A stretch of 20,000 nt of DNA from an uncultured virus (IMG/VR IMGVR_UViG_3300005573_000084). Taxonomy: Duplodnaviria; Heunggongvirae; Uroviricota; Caudoviricetes. Where the stretch lies: the IMG/VR virus record IMGVR_UViG_3300005573_000084. One strand, 5' to 3'. Below, one piece after another: positions 15,643-20,000 of the stretch. The translations under genes were made by a program, and so were the position numbers. Below the pieces are notes generated by a model that saw only the letters and a list, made by a program, of their open reading frames with translations, searched no databases and had not been told where the DNA came from. Position 1 is the first letter of the stretch. Every line of letters begins with the position of its first letter.

Positions 15643-16679
15643 AGATTAGCTAAAGCATCATCTAAATCTCCACCTATTCCCAAGTCATCATCTTTGTCGC
15701 CTCTTACATTAGGCCCTACTGACTTTGATATATCAAGATCTGGAAGTTTTAAGTCTGGAAGAGAATCAGGCGAGAAAGATTCATTTGCAGATAAGTCATC
15801 TAAAGATAACTCAGATGTACTAATCCCAGAAGATGAAGAACTAGAAGTCTTAGAGCTCTTACTTTCAAGAGCATTTTTATTCGAATTTCTTATATCCGCA
15901 ACTGTAGTTGAAACATTTTTGCCAGTTACTGCAAGAATAACTTGATTAACGTATTCATGAGTTTCTTCATCCCACTCTTTATATCCATATTTGGAAAGAT
16001 CCGGGCTATTTTCTTTAAGAAAATTAAAAACTACTTCTCGTGGAGTTTTTTCATTAATTGGAATAAGTTTTCCATTTTCATCAGGAATCAAAAGTGGAAT
16101 TCGTTTATCAAGAAATCTTGATTGATCATAGTTATTAAATCCCGCAACTTTTGTAATAACAAGAGCAAATGCCTTTCCATTTATCAAGTCATAAGGCTCA
16201 TGAGGCTCTCCTATCACCGGTTTCTTTTCGGCGAGAATTTTCTCAAAAATCTTTTTTCCGAAAGTGTACACAAGAAGTTTGCCTTCAAGTTCTTTATTTT
16301 GATCATCTTTAATGACCTGAATGATAGTTGAATACACAGGTCTTCTACTAAAGATTTCAGCCTTCTTTTGTTCTTGAATAGATTCAGAATTACGAAGCTT
16401 AAAAAACATTTCTTGAAGTATGGAAGGTTTTCCAACAGAAGAAGGGCAGTCGACCATTCTTCCACGATTAGTTACTGGATCAACCAACCAACTAGACCAT
16501 TTACTGGTATAAGAATGTGTTGGATCTTGCCACCAAGGAACGAATCTAATAATTGATTTATAGACTCCATTTTGGCCTTTTTCAGCAGAAGGATTATATT
16601 CACCTTCAGATTTAGACGATTTGTCTTTAATCTCTACATTTGGATGAAATAGATCATCTAGATTGTAATTAGTACTCAT
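15639..16679 (-). CDS. gp32: Single-stranded DNA-binding protein (T4 gp32-like)
   Basis: SIIRFVP, DCPSSVG, GKLLVYTFGKKIFEKI, GFNNYDQSRF, Ser-rich linker and acidic tail DLDDALANL; next to the primase. Confidence 0.88.
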   Translation of the reverse strand: MSTNYNLDDLFHPNVEIKDKSSKSEGEYNPSAEKGQNGVYKSIIRFVPWWQDPTHSYTSKWSSWLVDPVTNRGRMVDCPSSVGKPSILQEMFFKLRNSESIQEQKKAEIFSRRPVYSTIIQVIKDDQNKELEGKLLVYTFGKKIFEKILAEKKPVIGEPHEPYDLINGKAFALVITKVAGFNNYDQSRFLDKRIPLLIPDENGKLIPINEKTPREVVFNFLKENSPDLSKYGYKEWDEETHEYVNQVILAVTGKNVSTTVADIRNSNKNALESKSSKTSSSSSSGISTSELSLDDLSANESFSPDSLPDLKLPDLDISKSVGPNVRGDKDDDLGIGGDLDDALANL

Positions 16680-16753
16680 AGCATTTAAGAAATTTTAGTT
16701 ATTTAGAAAATTAAGTAATTTTAGATTTTAAAGCGCTTTATAGAAAATTACTT
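16680..16753 (-). promoter_or_regulatory. Candidate SSB autoregulatory translational operator (hairpin plus AU-rich tract)
   Basis: Inverted repeat AAGTAATTTT (16713-16722) / AAAATTACTT (16744-16753) around palindrome TAAAGCGCTTTA, followed by a G-free CTAAA/TTAAA-repeat tract almost up to the ATG. Confidence 0.4.
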
Positions 16754-16803
16754 TTACTTTAAGTTTATTTAGTATTATTTTTAGTTCTCAAAATATAAAA
16801 GTT

Positions 16804-16989
16804 TTACTTTTTTCTATTTGATTTAGTTAATTTTTTGTTAAAGTTTTTTGTGTACTTTTTAGTTGCTCTCTTTTCATCCCATTTTGCATATAGAAACAAA
16901 AGAAACCCTAACACAAATACACCTAAAATTGTATATAAAAAATAGTTAAAAGAATTCACATTCATAGTTGTAAAATTAAAACATTTCAC
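16804..16989 (-). CDS. Small single-TM membrane protein
   Basis: Hydrophobic segment YFLYTILGVFVLGFLLFLYA followed by a Lys-rich tail; the start may be the internal Met. Confidence 0.55.
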   Translation of the reverse strand: MKCFNFTTMNVNSFNYFLYTILGVFVLGFLLFLYAKWDEKRATKKYTKNFNKKLTKSNRKK

Positions 16990-17037
16990 TTATATAATAT
17001 ATATTGTTAAAAATGTAAAAGTTTCATTTTTATCATT

Positions 17038-18294
17038 TTATTTACTCCAACCCTTCACCACATCAGAACTAAAATTAGCATATGAAAATTCATATCTATC
17101 TACAAGTTTAACAACATTTCCGTGTCTATCTGATACTACAAAACCCTCTTGATTTGTGGATACAAATTTATCATCTTTCATCTTTAAATACGCTTCAAAG
17201 TTACTTAAATTATTTAATTTTTTGATAAATAATTTTTTTAATTCTGTTAATTTTAGTATTAATTCTATTATACTTTCAAATGTTTCTCTGTGTCTTTCAA
17301 TATTTTGTATTAATAGATCTCTATTTTCCTCTAAAGCTTTTTTAGATTTTTCAGTTTTCTTTGATTCAATATCTTTTTCAAATCTCCTATTCATAAAATC
17401 TATAAATTTATCTAAAATTTCAGCTGGAACCTTGCTTTGTATATTTTCTCTTATAAGAAGATTTTGATAAATAGTAAATAAACTTATAAGTTCCTCATTT
17501 TCTATAATTTTAGTATACTCGTCATTTTCATAAAGTTTATTTGCTATATCTTCTATTATTCTAATGCCATCTTTAAATTCTTCTGTTTCTTTACTAGTAA
17601 ATGTTACTATTCCCGCTAAAGATGTAATATAAGGATCTATCATAAAAACTTTAGCGTTTTCACTTAATTCAGATACTCTTGTATCATATGATGCATATAT
17701 ATTACTTATTGAATCTCCTTTATATCTTGTATGCCAAACTATTCCAATATCAGTATTAGCTATTCTCCTACCAATATCAGAATCCTTTGGAACTTTATAA
17801 ACTATAGTATTTGGATGAAATGAATAGTATTTTTCGTCTTCTTTTAATGTATATTTGTCATATAAAAAATCTCCTTGCCATATCTCATTTTCAGGAATAT
17901 TTATGGATGGCAAATAATCTAATAGCATTTTTAATTTTCGAGCTAAATCAGTTTGTTCTCTGTAATAATTATCAACATCTTGATAGTTATACATCACTTT
18001 TCTATTTTTTGCAAATAAAGCTTTTATTGCTATTCCATTTTCTCCTAATCCTGGAAATTTCGACCAAGCAAAAATTGCCGGAGCACCATCTATTTTAAAA
18101 GATAAACTAATTTTATCCTCTTCTGTATTACTCTTCAATGTATTATATAATCTCTTAAGTATATTTATTGCAAACTTTATTCCACCCTTTCCTCCTGTCA
18201 ATACAAGATCTTCTATATGAGTCATATGTATATTTACACGAGGAGTTACGTTTTCTTTTAATAGCAACCAATCTTTATATGATATAAATTTCAT
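17038..18294 (-). CDS. DUF6267-like protein with ATP-dependent ligase/nucleotidyltransferase motifs
   Basis: NIHMTHIEDLVL N-terminal signature; motif I SFKIDGAP (KxDG), motif III WQGDFLY, FHPNTIVY, IGIVWHTRY, motif IV EGFVV, motif V VKLVDRYEFS. Confidence 0.7.
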   Translation of the reverse strand: MKFISYKDWLLLKENVTPRVNIHMTHIEDLVLTGGKGGIKFAINILKRLYNTLKSNTEEDKISLSFKIDGAPAIFAWSKFPGLGENGIAIKALFAKNRKVMYNYQDVDNYYREQTDLARKLKMLLDYLPSINIPENEIWQGDFLYDKYTLKEDEKYYSFHPNTIVYKVPKDSDIGRRIANTDIGIVWHTRYKGDSISNIYASYDTRVSELSENAKVFMIDPYITSLAGIVTFTSKETEEFKDGIRIIEDIANKLYENDEYTKIIENEELISLFTIYQNLLIRENIQSKVPAEILDKFIDFMNRRFEKDIESKKTEKSKKALEENRDLLIQNIERHRETFESIIELILKLTELKKLFIKKLNNLSNFEAYLKMKDDKFVSTNQEGFVVSDRHGNVVKLVDRYEFSYANFSSDVVKGWSK

Positions 18295-18298
18295 TGTT

Positions 18299-18937
18299 TT
18301 ATTCTTCAGTTACATTTAATTTTAAAAGATTCCATATTTTCTTTATATCTTTTTCAGAGTACCCTGGATAATTTGTTTTAAAATTTTCATAATCATTGTT
18401 AAGAACATCTCTTCTTAAAATTGAAGCAGATATAGGCATTCTATCAAATTCATCTGTTCTTCCTTTATAAATAAGAGGTTCGGCATCAACACTAAGTTCT
18501 ATGGCCTTAACATCGTTGGGAAGAGTTTTCACATATTTTCCATCTGGTTGAAAATCTTTAACAAATTTTAATACTCTCTTATAATCTTCTCCATTACTCT
18601 TTTTTGATGCTGCTAATGCATATGTTCCGGGCTCTGCAGTTTCCATATATTTATATGAAGCTAAAATTGGAGAAGGATAATTAACTGCCTCTATTGATAC
18701 TCTATCAAATGGTTGTAATAATTCTTTGGCTATTTTTAGAGCTAGCTCTTGGCCTATTCCATTTCTAATTCCAGGGCCTATTAAAACTTTTACTTCTTTT
18801 ACATTTGGATGAGCTAAATATCTTTTAATTAAATCTATATGCGCTCCAGTTATAGGTTTAAATCCTCCTGGAAATAATATAGTAATATTATCAGAAATTG
18901 ATTCGTTTAACCAATCATTAAAACCTATAAAACGCAT
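18299..18937 (-). CDS. HIGH-superfamily nucleotidyltransferase (cytidyltransferase/NMNAT/PPAT-like)
   Basis: ILFPGGFKPITGAHIDL (GxFxPx[HT]xxH) and ISASILR (ISSTxIR-type) motifs; stop 4 nt before the DUF6267-like start. Confidence 0.8.
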   Translation of the reverse strand: MRFIGFNDWLNESISDNITILFPGGFKPITGAHIDLIKRYLAHPNVKEVKVLIGPGIRNGIGQELALKIAKELLQPFDRVSIEAVNYPSPILASYKYMETAEPGTYALAASKKSNGEDYKRVLKFVKDFQPDGKYVKTLPNDVKAIELSVDAEPLIYKGRTDEFDRMPISASILRRDVLNNDYENFKTNYPGYSEKDIKKIWNLLKLNVTEE

Positions 18938-18950
18938 TTTAACACATATA

Positions 18951-18968
18951 ATTTATTTTATATATTTT
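18951..18968 (-). promoter_or_regulatory. Putative late promoter AAATATATAAAATAAA
   Basis: RATATATAA motif about 20 nt upstream of the nucleotidyltransferase ATG. Confidence 0.4.
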
Positions 18969-19620
18969 ATTTAGAAATATGTTCTAATGATTTTAACATA
19001 TCTATTAAATTTGGCTGAGGATGACAGTCTGTTTTTTCTGGCGCAGGTCTATATGAAACATGAGTCCATACTCCTTTTTGACCAGTTAAAGCTTTAAGTG
19101 AAACATTCCACATATCTTCATTATATGTTAAAGGGATGTTATATTTTTTATTCCAAAATAACAAAAGTTCTCCAAGAGTTTTTATTTGAGCATCAGTGTA
19201 TCTTTCATAATACTGATATCCTCTAAATCCATTGGGATAATATTGAGTAGATACATCAACAATATTTCCATAGTATGTTCTATAAGCTCCATTATCAGGA
19301 ATAAGCCACCCCCAATTATCAAGTTCAACTCCTATAGAATGTCTATCTAACCATAAATTTGAAGCTCCTATGTGTCCCGCCCAATATTTTGAAGAAAATA
19401 ATTGCCACGGCACTCCATCTCTATCTATTATGATGCAAGTGGCTATTCTTTTTGGATCTGCTTCCCATGTAGCTATATCGCCAGATACACCATTTCCTGA
19501 CATTGTATGATGCAAAACAATTTGTGTTTTTTGATACTCTTGTTTAAAATACTGACTGTCTGGAAATGGAACAGATTTAATCTTTGATAAATCTATTGGT
19601 TTTAAGTCATTAAATTGCAT
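18967..19620 (-). CDS. N-acetylmuramoyl-L-alanine amidase (Amidase_2), probable endolysin
   Basis: IVLHHT, IIIDRDG, WAGHIG, SIGVELDNWG, YTDAQIKTL, VWTH, KTDCHP: Zn-amidase motif order; no signal peptide. Confidence 0.85.
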   Translation of the reverse strand: MQFNDLKPIDLSKIKSVPFPDSQYFKQEYQKTQIVLHHTMSGNGVSGDIATWEADPKRIATCIIIDRDGVPWQLFSSKYWAGHIGASNLWLDRHSIGVELDNWGWLIPDNGAYRTYYGNIVDVSTQYYPNGFRGYQYYERYTDAQIKTLGELLLFWNKKYNIPLTYNEDMWNVSLKALTGQKGVWTHVSYRPAPEKTDCHPQPNLIDMLKSLEHISK

Positions 19621-19621
19621 A

Positions 19622-19960
19622 TTAGTTATTGAAATTAAATTTTACCGCTTCATACAATAATTTTCTTCCCAGTTCTGATATTTCATATCCTCCTTCTGTT
19701 TTAATGATAATACCAGTTTTAACAAAAATTTTTATAATGTTTTCCGCTGTTTCTTTTGTATCAAGTATGCATTCTTTTATTTCAGCATCATTTAGTACAG
19801 GAGTTCCTCCCGAAGATACCTTTTTAGATAATTTGTTTTTTATAGAATCAATAAGTAGTTTTCTAGATTGAAAGGGTAAATTAAGATGTTGGTCATATTC
19901 ACCAATTTCAATTTTTTCTTTTATTTTACTTAAAAATATATTTTGTCTATAATCATTCAT
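19622..19960 (-). CDS. Hypothetical protein with possible C-terminal winged-helix
   Basis: IIKIFVKTGIIIKTEGGYEISELGRKLL resembles the wHTH pattern LxxxGLI...Y.IT..G; AAATATATAAAA upstream at about 19968-19980. Confidence 0.55.
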   Translation of the reverse strand: MNDYRQNIFLSKIKEKIEIGEYDQHLNLPFQSRKLLIDSIKNKLSKKVSSGGTPVLNDAEIKECILDTKETAENIIKIFVKTGIIIKTEGGYEISELGRKLLYEAVKFNFNN

Positions 19961-20000
19961 GATTTCTTTTTTATATATTTATTTAAAAATAATGATATTT

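Noticed and set aside
3364..19871. Short ORFs overlapping real genes (3364..3558, 5678..5872, 8062..8277, 9910..10116, 10824..11063, 15631..15945, 16122..16331, 16214..16465, 16368..16556, 17156..17467, 17811..18098, 19629..19871)
   Set aside because: Antisense or out-of-frame shadows of well-supported genes, with no motifs or upstream signals.
1..20000. tRNA, rRNA or large structured ncRNA genes
   Set aside because: Intergenic gaps are short and AT-rich, with no cloverleaf or T-loop signature seen; the TnpB omegaRNA is expected but I cannot delimit it by eye.

Overview
Very AT-rich, gene-dense segment, almost entirely on the minus strand, of a large T4-like (probably jumbo) dsDNA phage read in the standard genetic code. 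The absence of Shine-Dalgarno sites, A at -3 of most starts and a Bacteroidota-style secreted protein suggest a Bacteroidota host (inference). It carries: (i) a T4-type replication/recombination block (gp32-like SSB, gp61-like primase, UvsY-like mediator, UvsW helicase); (ii) a cytosine-modification cluster (C5-methyltransferase homolog with an atypical SAM motif, dNMP kinase, thymidylate-synthase-fold enzyme with the dCMP-specifying Asp), with a KamA-type radical SAM aminomutase about 1 kb upstream; (iii) two 'ATP-dependent ligase-fold + HIGH-type nucleotidyltransferase' modules, one split with intact motifs and T4 capsid-targeting-like leaders, one fused with degenerate motifs; (iv) a solo Zn-finger-less TnpB that appears to interrupt an ankyrin-repeat gene; (v) an amidase endolysin, a candidate spanin pair and several small putative head-packaged proteins, plus small ORFs missed by the ORF track. 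All family calls come from motif recognition by eye; no searches were run.
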